Positions 29,653-39,306 of a DNA stretch of 64,000 nucleotides are shown piece by piece. A program made the translations under genes and the position numbers. Origin of the DNA: Syntrophales bacterium (lineage in GTDB: Bacteria; Desulfobacterota; Syntrophia; Syntrophales; UBA6807); NCBI GenBank assembly GCA_040767195.1, contig JAXGPA010000002.1, positions 64,001 to 128,000 of the forward strand, given 5' to 3'. The notes beneath the pieces were generated by a model. The model had not been told where the DNA came from. It searched no databases and was given only the letters and a program-made list of their open reading frames with translations. The first letter of the stretch is position 1, and the number at the start of each line of letters is the position of its first letter.

Positions 29653-30383
29653 CGGGCCGACGGGACCTCATCGTGGCGGCGGCGGCGGCCGTCCTTCTGC
29701 ACGGGATTTTTCTCTGGCCCTTTCCCGGGGACGTCACCCCGCCCCGCCTGGAGCTGAAGGCGGATCGGCCCGTCCGGCTTACCGTCCGGCTCCCCGCGCC
29801 CCCTTCTCCGCAACAGGCCGAAAGCCCCCGGCCCCACGCCACCCCGCCCGTGGCCGCGCCTCCCGAACCGCTCCCCGTTCCCTTGAAATCGATAAAAAAG
29901 GCTGTCATAAAAAAGGCGGAGCCTGTAAAAGAAGAGGTCAGACCAGAAAAACCCCGGCATGGGCCGGAAGAGCCGCCCCGGGAAAAAGCGCCCATGACGC
30001 CGTCCCTGAAGAGCACCGCCCCGGCGCCCCGGAAAATGGAAGCCACGGCGGTCCGGCCCGGGAAACCACGGGACAGGCAGGATGCCGGTGAAGAATCCGG
30101 CCTCGTCCGGGAGAAGGCCCGATACGAACACAACCCGCCCCCGGCATACCCGCCCCTGGCCCGGCGCCGCGGCTACGAGGGCACGGCCTTACTCCTGGTG
30201 GAGGTTCTTCCGGGGGGGACAGCGGGCCGCATCCGGGTCGAAAGGTCCTCCGGCTTTCCCGTCCTCGACGACGCCGCCCGTGACGCCGTGGCGGCGTGGC
30301 GCTTCGAGCCGGCCCGGGAAAACGGAACCGCCCGGTCCGCCTGGGTGGAGGTTCCTGTCCGATTCAGACTCGAAAACCCTTAG
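29640..30383 (+). CDS. tonB: Energy transducer TonB
   Basis: N-terminal TM with His, Pro-rich linker, YPPLARRRGYEG, SSGFPVLDDAA. Confidence 0.88.
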   Translation: MGKMTGRRDLIVAAAAAVLLHGIFLWPFPGDVTPPRLELKADRPVRLTVRLPAPPSPQQAESPRPHATPPVAAPPEPLPVPLKSIKKAVIKKAEPVKEEVRPEKPRHGPEEPPREKAPMTPSLKSTAPAPRKMEATAVRPGKPRDRQDAGEESGLVREKARYEHNPPPAYPPLARRRGYEGTALLLVEVLPGGTAGRIRVERSSGFPVLDDAARDAVAAWRFEPARENGTARSAWVEVPVRFRLENP

Positions 30384-30387
30384 AGCG

Positions 30388-31377
30388 ATGAAAAAGGTCA
30401 TCCCATTTTTCACGATACCCCTTCTCTTCCTCCTCTGCCAGCCGTTCCAGGCCCTGCCGGGACAGAACCCGTCGGCGGAAAGCTCTTATCGAACGGGAAT
30501 GCGCTACATCCAGAAGAAGAAACTGGACCGGGCCGTCGATTCCCTGAAAAAAGCGGTCGCCGGGAAGCCCGAAGTAGCCCGTTACCACATCGGTCTCGGG
30601 GAGGCCTTCCGAATCAAGGGCTGCTTCGATGAGGCCGTCTCCTCTTACCAGAAGGCCCTCGCGCTGGAACCGGAAAACGGCGAGGCCCTGTGCCGCCTGG
30701 GCGATGTTCACGCAGCCCTGGGGCAGAACGACGAGGCCATACTCTGTTATGAAAAATTCATCGAGACGTCGAGAAACAAGCCCGAGGCCCTCTCTGTCCG
30801 GGGCAAGATCTTCGACCTGAAAGGGGAAAGGGAAAAAGCCATTGCCGCTTACCGGGAGTCCCTCTCGCTCCGTTCCGGGGATTTCGACACGCTCGTCGCA
30901 CTGGCCTCGGACCTTGTCCGGGCGGAGCGTTTCCCGGAAGCAAGGGACCTCTTTCTCAGGGCCAAAAAGATCAGGCCCTATGACGAAAACGTCCTGGTGA
31001 ACCTGGGCATGCTCTACACACTGGAGAAATCCTATGACAAGGCCCTGGACGTTCTTTCGACGGCCATCAAGATCGATCCGGTCAATCCCAGGACCCGCTT
31101 TTACCTGGGAAAAACCTATTTCGGCCGGGGGGACCTGGACCGGGCCATCAGCCACACGGAAAAAGCCCTTGAAATCGATCCGGCGGACCCGGAAAAGCAC
31201 TTCACCCTCGGTCTTTACTACGACAAGAAGGGGTGGCACGACCTGGCAGCGGCGGAATATGAAGAAGCCCTTTACCTGGACCCCCAATATCTGTATAATC
31301 GCCTCCGCGCCGCCGGTACCGGGAATAAACAGGAAGCGGCGGATCGACGCCACGACGGCGAGAGGGGCGACCCATGA
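30388..31377 (+). CDS. Exported tetratricopeptide repeat protein
   Basis: Signal peptide from ATG 30388; multiple TPR units. Confidence 0.82.
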   Translation: MKKVIPFFTIPLLFLLCQPFQALPGQNPSAESSYRTGMRYIQKKKLDRAVDSLKKAVAGKPEVARYHIGLGEAFRIKGCFDEAVSSYQKALALEPENGEALCRLGDVHAALGQNDEAILCYEKFIETSRNKPEALSVRGKIFDLKGEREKAIAAYRESLSLRSGDFDTLVALASDLVRAERFPEARDLFLRAKKIRPYDENVLVNLGMLYTLEKSYDKALDVLSTAIKIDPVNPRTRFYLGKTYFGRGDLDRAISHTEKALEIDPADPEKHFTLGLYYDKKGWHDLAAAEYEEALYLDPQYLYNRLRAAGTGNKQEAADRRHDGERGDP

Positions 31378-31949
31378 ACATGGATGATTTGAAAAAAAGG
31401 CTCAAGGAGATTATCGTCGAGCGGAGCTTTCGTTACCGGACCGACCCGCCCTTCGTTCTCGCCTCGGGAAAGACCAGTTTCTACTATTTCAACTGCAAGC
31501 CCACCACCCTCGACCCGGAGGGGATGAACCTCATCGGGCACATCCTTTTCGGAATGCTGAAGGATTCCGACATCACAGCCGCAGGCGGGCTCACCCTGGG
31601 TGCCGATCCCCTGGCGAACGCCCTTTCCGTCATTTCCTTCCAGGCCGGCAAACCCATCAAGTCCTTTATCGTCCGGAAGGCATCAAAGGATCACGGAACA
31701 GGTGGAAAAATCGAGGGGAACGTGAAGGCGGGCGAAAAAGTGGCGGTCCTGGACGACGTCATCACCACCGGCGGGTCCACCATCGCCGCCATCGAGAGCG
31801 CCCTCGCGGCGGGCCTCGTGGTGGAGCGCGTCATCGCCCTCATCGACCGGGAGGAAGGGGGAAAGGCCAGCATCGAGGCCCTCGTGCCGCGGGTGGAGGC
31901 CATCCTCACCCGGTCCGAAATCATGACGTCCCACGGCCCCGACAAGTGA
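31374..31949 (+). CDS. pyrE: Orotate phosphoribosyltransferase
   Basis: FVLASGKTS, GGLTLGADP, RKASKDHG, VLDDVITTGGS. Confidence 0.93.
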   Translation: MNMDDLKKRLKEIIVERSFRYRTDPPFVLASGKTSFYYFNCKPTTLDPEGMNLIGHILFGMLKDSDITAAGGLTLGADPLANALSVISFQAGKPIKSFIVRKASKDHGTGGKIEGNVKAGEKVAVLDDVITTGGSTIAAIESALAAGLVVERVIALIDREEGGKASIEALVPRVEAILTRSEIMTSHGPDK

Positions 31950-31959
31950 GGGACGGCGA

Positions 31960-32676
31960 TTGAACAGAAAAAACGGCAGGCTTCCCCGAATCGTTTTGCT
32001 GGTTTTCGTCCTTCTTCTGGCCTTCCCCGCCGCCGACCTCCCGGCGGCCGGGGACATCCTCCCCATTACGGATTTCCCGTCAGCGGAAACGCAAAACGGG
32101 GCGCCTTTGGGCTGGAAACTTGAAAAATTTAACGGGAAGGCGGATCTCTGGCTCGCGCCGGGAAACCCCGGATACACCCTTCACATGAAGAGCGACCCCG
32201 AGTCGTCCTTCGGCATCCGCAGGGCCATCACGGTGAACCCCGAAGAATACCCTTTCCTCAACTGGAAATGGATGGTTCATCAACTCCCCGACGGCGGGGA
32301 CATACGGAACAGGAGCACCGACGACCAGGCGATCCAGGTCTACCTGATCTTCAGGGAAACGGGATGGCCCGTCAGTCTCAACACCCCGATCCTCGGATAC
32401 ATCTGGGACAGCGAGCCCCCCCGGAACACGGTGGCCACGAGCCCCAGGCCTTTTGCCGGGAACATCCGGTACGTGGTTCTCCGGAACAAGGAAGACGGGC
32501 TCAAAGAGTGGCACACGGAAAAAAGGAACATCCTCGAGGATTTCAAGAGTATCTTTCCCGATATCGACGGGGGCGCCCCCCGGGAAATCGTCGCCGTCGC
32601 TTTTTTCATCAACTCCCACCACACGAAAAGCCAGGCGGAGAGCGCCGTAGCCGACGCCTTTTTCAGCCGGCACTGA
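31960..32676 (+). CDS. Exported DUF3047-like protein
   Basis: Signal peptide; YPFLNWKW, TDDQAIQVY, LGYIWD, WHTEKRNILEDF. Confidence 0.75.
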   Translation: MNRKNGRLPRIVLLVFVLLLAFPAADLPAAGDILPITDFPSAETQNGAPLGWKLEKFNGKADLWLAPGNPGYTLHMKSDPESSFGIRRAITVNPEEYPFLNWKWMVHQLPDGGDIRNRSTDDQAIQVYLIFRETGWPVSLNTPILGYIWDSEPPRNTVATSPRPFAGNIRYVVLRNKEDGLKEWHTEKRNILEDFKSIFPDIDGGAPREIVAVAFFINSHHTKSQAESAVADAFFSRH

Positions 32677-33352
32677 AACCCCGGCGGAGGCGGTTGACCA
32701 GGATGTGGGCCTGCCGGACCGGCTCGGGAACCCGGAAGGACCGGCAGCAGGAAAGAACGATCTCAACGGACCGGTCAAGGCCCATGTCGTGACCGGGAGA
32801 CACGAAGAGGGGTTTCACCCCCCGCCTTGTCCGGACCACCGCCCCCACGGTCCTCCCTTCGTGAACGAGGGGCGCCACGGACCCTTTTTCCTGCCCCGGT
32901 TCCCCGTGCTCTCCCACGAGCCGGCTTTTGCCGCACCCGATGGACGGAAGCCCGAGGAGAAGCCCCAGGTGAGACGCCAGGCCGAGTCCCCGGGGATGGG
33001 CCGTTCCCTGACCGTCGAAGAGAACCACATCGGGAACGATGGACATTTTCTCAAAGGCGCCGAGGAGGGCCGGACCTTCCCGAAAGGTGAGAAGGCCGGG
33101 GATATAGGGGAAATGGACCGTCTCCGAGTGGGCCGCCCTCTCCAGCACTTCCAGGGACGGAAAAGCGAAAACGATGACGGCGGCATGAAAGAGGGGGCTT
33201 TTCCGCCCGTAGGAGATGTCGCAGCCGGCGACGGTCCCGATCTTCTCCGGGTGGGCGTCATCCCGCAAAACGAGGTCCCGGCGAAGTTCCTCCTGAATCC
33301 GGACGGCCCCCTTGTAATCCACGTCCCAGCGATGAACCCGGCTGACCCTCAT
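32663..33352 (-). CDS. nfi: Endonuclease V
   Basis: VAGCDIS, FPYIPGLLTFRE, FDGQGTAHPRGLGLASH, SIGCGKS, FVSPGH. Confidence 0.94.
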   Translation of the reverse strand: MRVSRVHRWDVDYKGAVRIQEELRRDLVLRDDAHPEKIGTVAGCDISYGRKSPLFHAAVIVFAFPSLEVLERAAHSETVHFPYIPGLLTFREGPALLGAFEKMSIVPDVVLFDGQGTAHPRGLGLASHLGLLLGLPSIGCGKSRLVGEHGEPGQEKGSVAPLVHEGRTVGAVVRTRRGVKPLFVSPGHDMGLDRSVEIVLSCCRSFRVPEPVRQAHILVNRLRRGFSAG

Positions 33353-33361
33353 GGCTGAAAC

Positions 33362-34315
33362 TCAGGAAGCCGCCGGGGCGGAGAGGGAGGCAAGATAGTC
33401 CCCGAGGATCGAACGGGCCTTTTCGATATCCCGGCCGATCTGTTCCTTCAACTTCGCCGGCGACTCGAATTTTTTCTCGTCCCGGAGCCGATCGATGAAG
33501 AAAAGCTCCACCTTTTTATCGTAAATGTCCCCCTTGAAGTCCAGGAGGTGGACCTCGATGGAGAGCTCGTTGTTCCCGAACGTGGGGTTGTAACCGATGT
33601 TGACGACCCCCTGGTGGTCCCGGCCCTCCACCCGGGCGAGGACCACGTACACCCCCGTTGCGGGGATGACCTTTTCCGTCTGGATGTTCGCCGTGGGGAC
33701 GCCGATGTCCGTTCCCCGGCGGTAGCCCTTCACGACGTTTCCATAGATGTTGTAAGGCCGCCCCAGGAGCCTGGCGGCGAGCCTCATCTGCCCGTCGAGA
33801 ATGGCCAGGCGGATTTTCGTGCTGCTCACGATAATCCCGTCGATCTCGACGGCTTCGATCTCTTCGACCTGGAACCCGAGCTGCCGGCCGCATTCCTTCA
33901 GGTAGGCGGCGTTTCCTTCCTTGTTTTTCCCGAAGGCGTAGTCGTACCCCACGTAGAGCTTCCGGAGCCGGAGCTTTTCCCAGAGAATCCGTTCCACGAA
34001 CTCGGCGGCCCGGGTCCGGGCGAACTCGAGGGTGAAGGGAATGAGAAAGAGCCCGTCGATGCCGGCATCCTCGAGAAGACGAACCTTCTCGTCCAGGGGC
34101 GTGAGAAGAAAAAAGGGCCGGTTTTCGGGACGAAGAACCTTCTGCGGGTGGGGATCAAAGGTGATGACAACGGACTTTACCCCCTGTTCCCGGGCCTCTC
34201 CCGTGATCTTCCTGAAAAGATCCCGGTGGCCGAGGTGAATGCCGTCGAAGTTCCCAATGGTCACCACGGACCCCTGGAAATCGGAAGGGACATACTCAAG
34301 ACTGAGAAGCCTCAT
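33362..34315 (-). CDS. ribF: Riboflavin kinase/FAD synthetase
   Basis: IGNFDGIHLGH, TFDPHP, SSTKIR, IGVPTAN, NIGYNPTF, IEVHLLDF. Confidence 0.95.
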   Translation of the reverse strand: MRLLSLEYVPSDFQGSVVTIGNFDGIHLGHRDLFRKITGEAREQGVKSVVITFDPHPQKVLRPENRPFFLLTPLDEKVRLLEDAGIDGLFLIPFTLEFARTRAAEFVERILWEKLRLRKLYVGYDYAFGKNKEGNAAYLKECGRQLGFQVEEIEAVEIDGIIVSSTKIRLAILDGQMRLAARLLGRPYNIYGNVVKGYRRGTDIGVPTANIQTEKVIPATGVYVVLARVEGRDHQGVVNIGYNPTFGNNELSIEVHLLDFKGDIYDKKVELFFIDRLRDEKKFESPAKLKEQIGRDIEKARSILGDYLASLSAPAAS

Positions 34316-34433
34316 GGGGCGCAATACCTCCTTGAAAGGTATTGTAACATAACACTTATGGGCCCTTTTTCAAGTGGATTTTTCCTTGACAACGGCAGGC
34401 CGATAAGTGTAGATTCATGCGGTATTCCGAGCT

Positions 34434-34520
34434 GCCGAAGTGGCGGAATTGGTAGACGCGCTAGGTTCAGGGTCTAGTGGGCGTACGCCTGTCCGGGTTC
34501 AAATCCCGGCTTCGGCACCA
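34434..34520 (+). tRNA. tRNA-Leu(CAG)
   Basis: Acceptor GCCGAAG/CTTCGGC-ACCA, anticodon arm CTAGG-TTCAGGG-TCTAG, long variable arm, GGGTTCAAATCCC; TTGACA at 34386. Confidence 0.96.
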
Positions 34521-34531
34521 TGCCGTCAAGG

Positions 34532-34566
34532 GTGGCGCAATTCCTTTGAATTGCGCCACTTTTTTA
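34532..34566 (+). terminator. Rho-independent terminator after the tRNA
   Basis: gtggcgcaattc-cttt-gaattgcgccac followed by a T run. Confidence 0.85.
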
Positions 34567-34675
34567 TTTTCTCGGCCTATATAAAACAAAGACGCGAAAC
34601 CGATTCTCCAAAAATTTTGACAAAAAAGAATATGAGAAGGTAAAGTATGCCGGAAAACAGGAGTTGGAGGGTTTC

Positions 34676-34891
34676 ATGGATAAAAAAGTCATTATTTACG
34701 GGAAAGATGGCTGAGGCTACACATCCGACGCCCGGAGGGCGTACGGCGAAAAGGCGGATTACGTCGATGTCAAGAAGGACCCGGTAAAACTCGAAGAGAT
34801 GCTCAAGCTTTCCGGCGGATCCCGGAGAGTCCCGGTCATCGTGAAGGGAGACACGGTCGAAATCGGTTACGGCGGGACCTGAGGGGTCTGA
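34676..34891 (+). CDS. 71-aa glutaredoxin-like selenoprotein with two Sec (UXX-star-type)
   Basis: GGAGG RBS; MDKKVIIYGKDG-U-GYTSDARRAY...RRVPVIV...IGYGGT-U-GV-stop; SECIS-like hairpins at 34725-34746 and 34893-34911. Confidence 0.85.
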
Positions 34892-34999
34892 AAACGGACC
34901 GTGGGTCCGTTCGTACCGGATGGTTCGGTGTTCCAGGATGTCATCCCGTCCGACGGGAAGAGGGATCCGTGCTCTGCCAGGACCGGCCCCCCTTCAGGA

Positions 35000-35176
35000 T
35001 TGGTGAACTCGTAAAAAGTAACTAAAACGACGACTTCGTAAAAGGTTCGAGATCAAGGCTTGCGAATCCCGGGGAATGAACAACCAAAGGGGACGGATTT
35101 CAAATCTGTCCCCTTTGGTTGTTCGTGACGAGGGATGACGCGTCATGACAAGATCGGCCTTTTTACGAAATTGTCA
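35000..35176. mobile_element. MITE-like structured repeat, copy 2 (inverted), with GGGGAC hairpin core
   Basis: ttggtgaactcgtaaaaag..gacgacttcgtaaaag..ctttttacgaaattgtca; 23-bp-arm hairpin at 35078-35124. Confidence 0.75.
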
Positions 35177-35206
35177 GGACTGGTTTATCGTCAAAGGAGA
35201 TGCTCC

Positions 35207-36226
35207 ATGAAAATTCGATTCCCCTTCTTCAGAATCGCCGGGTTAGCCGCCTGGCTTGTTCTTCTCGCTTCCTGCGCCTCCGTCGTCGCGACCCAGAACG
35301 TTCCCGTGTCGACAAACCCCTCGGGCGCCCAGGTTCTGGCGGACGGAAAGGCGGCCTGCGTGACCCCCTGCGCCGTGGACCTCACCCGGAACCAGGACCA
35401 TCTTCTCACCTTCCAGAAAGAAGGTTTCCACCAGCAGGACGTGGCCGTCCGCCGGCAGCACCAGACGGAGATGTCCCTCCTGAAAGCCATCAACTCGGGC
35501 GTGAACAGCGCCTCTTTCTTCAACAATCCCGCCTGGGGGCTGAGCAGCGCCGTCCAGTCCCTCTCGGCCCAGCAGGCTACCGGCGAGGCGTATGTCCTCC
35601 TGCCCTCCACGGTGGCGGTCACCCTCGTTCCCGAGGGCGGGTTCCCTCAACAAGTCACCGAAAGGGAAGCCGAAGAAAGCCTGAAAAGTGAAAAATCCCC
35701 CCTCGATCTCATGGACGGGACGGATGAGCACATGCTCGAAACCGCTTTGGAGAGCTCGAAAACGGGGCACCCCACGGTGTGGACCAACGAGGGAAGCGGG
35801 TACGCCTTCGCCGTGGAACCGGAGGACGGGCAAAGCGTGAACGGCTTCGTGGTGAGGCCCTTCCGGCTCGGCGCCCGGAAGGGTGAGGAAAGCGTTGCCG
35901 GCCGCTTTTCCGCCTACCGGGCCGGTCGTGCCGAATGGGTCGTCGGGAACCCACCGGAAAGCGCCCCGTCATCGGCAACCACCGATACCCGGCCTGCCCC
36001 CGACCTGCCCGGTGCCGCCCGCGCCCTGGCGGAGTCCCCCTGGCCCTCGGTGAAGAAAGACTGGAAGGTTCAGGAATCGACCCACGGGTCGACAACGGTT
36101 AACCCCGACGGGTCGGTGACGACAAGGGAAAAAGAAAGTTCGACGAAGGTCGGCGTCAGCGTGAATCCCGGCGCGGCGGTCCTGGGCGTCCTGGACGCGC
36201 TGAAAGGCATGGAAAACAAGGAGTAA
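35207..36226 (+). CDS. PEGA-domain lipoprotein
   Basis: LASC lipobox; VSTNPSGAQVLADG..TPC PEGA motif; AAGGAG RBS. Confidence 0.78.
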   Translation: MKIRFPFFRIAGLAAWLVLLASCASVVATQNVPVSTNPSGAQVLADGKAACVTPCAVDLTRNQDHLLTFQKEGFHQQDVAVRRQHQTEMSLLKAINSGVNSASFFNNPAWGLSSAVQSLSAQQATGEAYVLLPSTVAVTLVPEGGFPQQVTEREAEESLKSEKSPLDLMDGTDEHMLETALESSKTGHPTVWTNEGSGYAFAVEPEDGQSVNGFVVRPFRLGARKGEESVAGRFSAYRAGRAEWVVGNPPESAPSSATTDTRPAPDLPGAARALAESPWPSVKKDWKVQESTHGSTTVNPDGSVTTREKESSTKVGVSVNPGAAVLGVLDALKGMENKE

Positions 36227-36241
36227 TAAGGAATAAGCGTG

Positions 36242-36281
36242 AAGGGGCAGGCCGGGCGGAAGCCCGGCCTGCCCCTTTTTT
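36242..36281 (+). terminator. Terminator hairpin between convergent genes
   Basis: aaggggcaggccgggc-ggaa-gcccggcctgcccctt followed by a T run. Confidence 0.85.
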
Positions 36282-36283
36282 GT

Positions 36284-37534
36284 TTACATCATTTCCAGAA
36301 CCGCGGCCATGGAAACCCCGCCGCCGCCGCAGAGGGTGGCGAGCCCCAGGGTCTTCCCTCGCTTTTTCATGGCATGAAGGAGGGTCACCATGATCCGGCA
36401 TCCCGTGGCACCCACGGGGTGGCCGAGGCCGATCCCCGACCCGTTCACGTTGGTGATCTCCCGGGTGAGCCCCAGTTCCTTTTCCACGCCCAGGTACTGG
36501 GCGGCGAAGGCCTCGTTCACCTCGATAAGTTCGAAATCCCCGAGCTTGTACCGGCCCTGGGCCAGAAGGTTCCTCACCGCCGGCACGGGGCTCAGCCCCA
36601 TGACCGAGGGGTGGCAGCCCCCGCGGCTCACGGCATTGATCCGGGCGATGGGCTTGAGGCCCAGTTCCTTCGCCTTGTCCGCCGACATGATGATCATGGC
36701 GCTCGCCCCGTCGTTGATGCCCGAGGCGTTCCCGGCAGTCACCTTCCCGATTTTGGGCAGGAAGGCCGGCGGGAGTTTGGACAGTTCATCCATGGTCAGT
36801 TTCGGGCGGTAGTGCTCGTCCTTGTCGAAGACAAGAGGGGGTTTCCCCTTCTTCTGGGGAAGCTCGATGGGGACGATCTCCTCCCTGAAATCCCCCTCCA
36901 GGGTCGCCCGTTCCACGTTGTTGTGGCTCCGAAGGGCCACCTCGTCCATCTCCTCCCGGCTGATGTTGTACATCTGGCCGACCAGTTCCGCCGTGATTCC
37001 CATGATGTACGGTTTTCCCCGGTAGATGTCGATGATCGGGCCGTCCTTCACCGGCCCGTTCTCGGGCCCCCGGATGACGTAAGAACCAGCATGAAGGGCG
37101 TGGATGAGTTCATCGGCGAAAACGGCATCCTGAAGGCGGCAGCCCCACCGGGCCTTGGGAACGAAATAGGCGGCCCCGGACATGTGCTCCATTCCGCCGG
37201 CCAGGATGATGTCCGCCATGCCCGCCTGGATCATGGCCATCCCGGAAATAACGGCTTCCATTGCGGAAATGCAGACCCGGTTGATGGTCACCGCCGTCAC
37301 CGTGTCAGGGATTCCCGCCAGGAGGGCGGCGATCCGGGTGACATTCAGGGTGTCCCGGGGTTCGATGCAGTTTCCGAAACGAATGTCATCGATCATGGCC
37401 GGCTCGATTCCCGCCCGCTTGATCGCTTCCTTCATGGCGACACTGCCCACGGTGGCACAGTCCAGGTTCTTCAACGCACCGCCGAAAACGCCAATGGCCG
37501 TCCGGCAGGCCGATACAATGACAACATCTCTCAT
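36284..37534 (-). CDS. Acetyl-CoA C-acetyltransferase (thiolase)
   Basis: TINRVCISA, NASGINDGA, EVNEAFA, GHPVGATG, TLCGGGG. Confidence 0.94.
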   Translation of the reverse strand: MRDVVIVSACRTAIGVFGGALKNLDCATVGSVAMKEAIKRAGIEPAMIDDIRFGNCIEPRDTLNVTRIAALLAGIPDTVTAVTINRVCISAMEAVISGMAMIQAGMADIILAGGMEHMSGAAYFVPKARWGCRLQDAVFADELIHALHAGSYVIRGPENGPVKDGPIIDIYRGKPYIMGITAELVGQMYNISREEMDEVALRSHNNVERATLEGDFREEIVPIELPQKKGKPPLVFDKDEHYRPKLTMDELSKLPPAFLPKIGKVTAGNASGINDGASAMIIMSADKAKELGLKPIARINAVSRGGCHPSVMGLSPVPAVRNLLAQGRYKLGDFELIEVNEAFAAQYLGVEKELGLTREITNVNGSGIGLGHPVGATGCRIMVTLLHAMKKRGKTLGLATLCGGGGVSMAAVLEMM

Positions 37535-37665
37535 AACCGTTTATTCCTCCTTTTTCTTTCAATCACTCAGGCTGCGGGATGCCCGCCCGCCGGTCCGCGC
37601 TCCAGGAGAGGGGCCGACCGGAGAGGAGTCCACGAAACGAAAAGCGGCATCCCGCCGCGTCAGGC

Positions 37666-39306
37666 TCATTTCAGGGACTGGCGGAGTTCCCGTTTCAGGA
37701 TCTTCCCCGTGGGCGTCTTGGGAAGGGCGTCCATGAAGACGACCTTCTTGGGACACTTGAAGGCCGCCAGCTCTTTACGGCAGTGGGCGACGACTTCCTC
37801 CTCCGTCATGGTCTGGCCCGCCTTGAGAACGATGACCGCCGTCACCTTCTCCACCCACTTGGGATCGGGCAGGCCGACGACGGCCACTTCCTGGACCCGC
37901 TTGTCCAGGTAGATGGCATCCTCAACCTCCCGGGTGGGGACGTTTTCCCCGCCCGTCTTGATCATGTCCTTCTTCCGGTCCACCACGGTGATGTACCGGT
38001 CTTCATCCATGACCCCCACGTCCCCGGAGTGGAACCAGCCGCCCTTCATGGCCTCTTCCGTCTTCTCGGGGTCCTTGAAGTACATGATGAGGGCATGGGG
38101 ACCCTTTCCGCAGATTTCCCCCGGGGTGCCGGGGTCGAAAATGGGCTTGTACCCGTCGTCTTCCAGGCGGGTTTCCATGTTGAGGCCGCCCAGGCCGGCG
38201 GACCCGATCTTGGTGAGAGCGTCCTTCGCCTTGAGAATCGTGTGGTACGGCGCCAGTTCCGTCTGGCCGTAGTAGTTGTAGACCCGCGTCCCGGGGAATC
38301 TCTCCATGAGTTCCTTGAGAATCTCCATGGGCATGATGGAAGCACCGTAGTAGCATTTCTTCAGGCTGGACAGATCGTTCTTGGCGAACTCGGGGTGACG
38401 GAGCATGCCGATCCAGACCGTGGGGGGCGCGAAGAACATGGTGGCCTTGTACTGGGCGATGCTTTTCAGGATCTGCCCGATGTCCGGCATGATGAGGACG
38501 TTCGTCCCGCCGACCCAGAAGACGGGGTTCATGAAGACGTCCCGCTGGGCGCAGTGATAGATGGGCAGGGCATTGACGTTGATGTCGTCCTCGTCGTACT
38601 GGCCGTCCACGATGGTTCCCATGTACTGGGCCATGAGGGCCTGGTTGCTGATGATGACGCCCTTGGGGAGGGCTTCCGTCCCGCTCGTGTAGGTCATCTG
38701 GCAGGGGTCCTCGATGTGGAGGATCGTGTCCGGCTCCGTGGCGGGGTACTTCTTGTACCAGGGTTCGAAATCCACGAAGGTCTCGTTCACCGGCGGCTTT
38801 TCAGCCCCCTGGCGAGACCACATCCACGTCTTCACCGTGGGCATGTCGTCAAGGACATCCTTGACGAGATCGAAGAGGGCGTCCTCCACGATGAAGACCT
38901 TGCTCTCCGAGTGGTTGATGCAGTAAGAGATGTCCTTCCCCCGGAGGAGATAGTTGATGGCGAGATAGATGGCGCCGATCTTGGCGCAGCCTATCCAGGT
39001 GACCACGTGGTCGATGGTGTTGTGGGCCAGGATGGCCACCCGGTCGTACTTCTTGACCCCCAGGTCGAGGAGGCCGTTGGCCACGCGGTTGCACTCCTCT
39101 TCGAGCTGGGCGTAGGTCAGGGTCCGGTCCTTGAAAATCAGGGCCGGCTTGTCCGGGTAATGGTAGGCGCTCCGCCGGATCATGTCGCCGATAACCCAGC
39201 GGTTCACCTTGTTGTACCGGTTCATCAAGAATTCGAGATTTTCCTTGTTGATGTTCTGGTAACGCTTCTTCTCTTCTTCCGTCAATGGCTTCCAGGCGGT
39301 TGACAT
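37666..39306 (-). CDS. AMP-forming acyl-CoA synthetase
   Basis: YTSGTEALPKG, YGQTE, WFHSGD, DRKKDMIKTGGENV, PKTPTGKILK; RBS before ATG 39306. Confidence 0.92.
   Translation of the reverse strand: MSTAWKPLTEEEKKRYQNINKENLEFLMNRYNKVNRWVIGDMIRRSAYHYPDKPALIFKDRTLTYAQLEEECNRVANGLLDLGVKKYDRVAILAHNTIDHVVTWIGCAKIGAIYLAINYLLRGKDISYCINHSESKVFIVEDALFDLVKDVLDDMPTVKTWMWSRQGAEKPPVNETFVDFEPWYKKYPATEPDTILHIEDPCQMTYTSGTEALPKGVIISNQALMAQYMGTIVDGQYDEDDINVNALPIYHCAQRDVFMNPVFWVGGTNVLIMPDIGQILKSIAQYKATMFFAPPTVWIGMLRHPEFAKNDLSSLKKCYYGASIMPMEILKELMERFPGTRVYNYYGQTELAPYHTILKAKDALTKIGSAGLGGLNMETRLEDDGYKPIFDPGTPGEICGKGPHALIMYFKDPEKTEEAMKGGWFHSGDVGVMDEDRYITVVDRKKDMIKTGGENVPTREVEDAIYLDKRVQEVAVVGLPDPKWVEKVTAVIVLKAGQTMTEEEVVAHCRKELAAFKCPKKVVFMDALPKTPTGKILKRELRQSLK

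Noticed and set aside
34440..34643. 67-aa ORF MAELVDALGSG...
   Set aside because: Translation of the tRNA-Leu gene
34434..36230. Integrative element at tRNA-Leu
   Set aside because: No integrase and no duplicated tRNA 3' end noticed in the window
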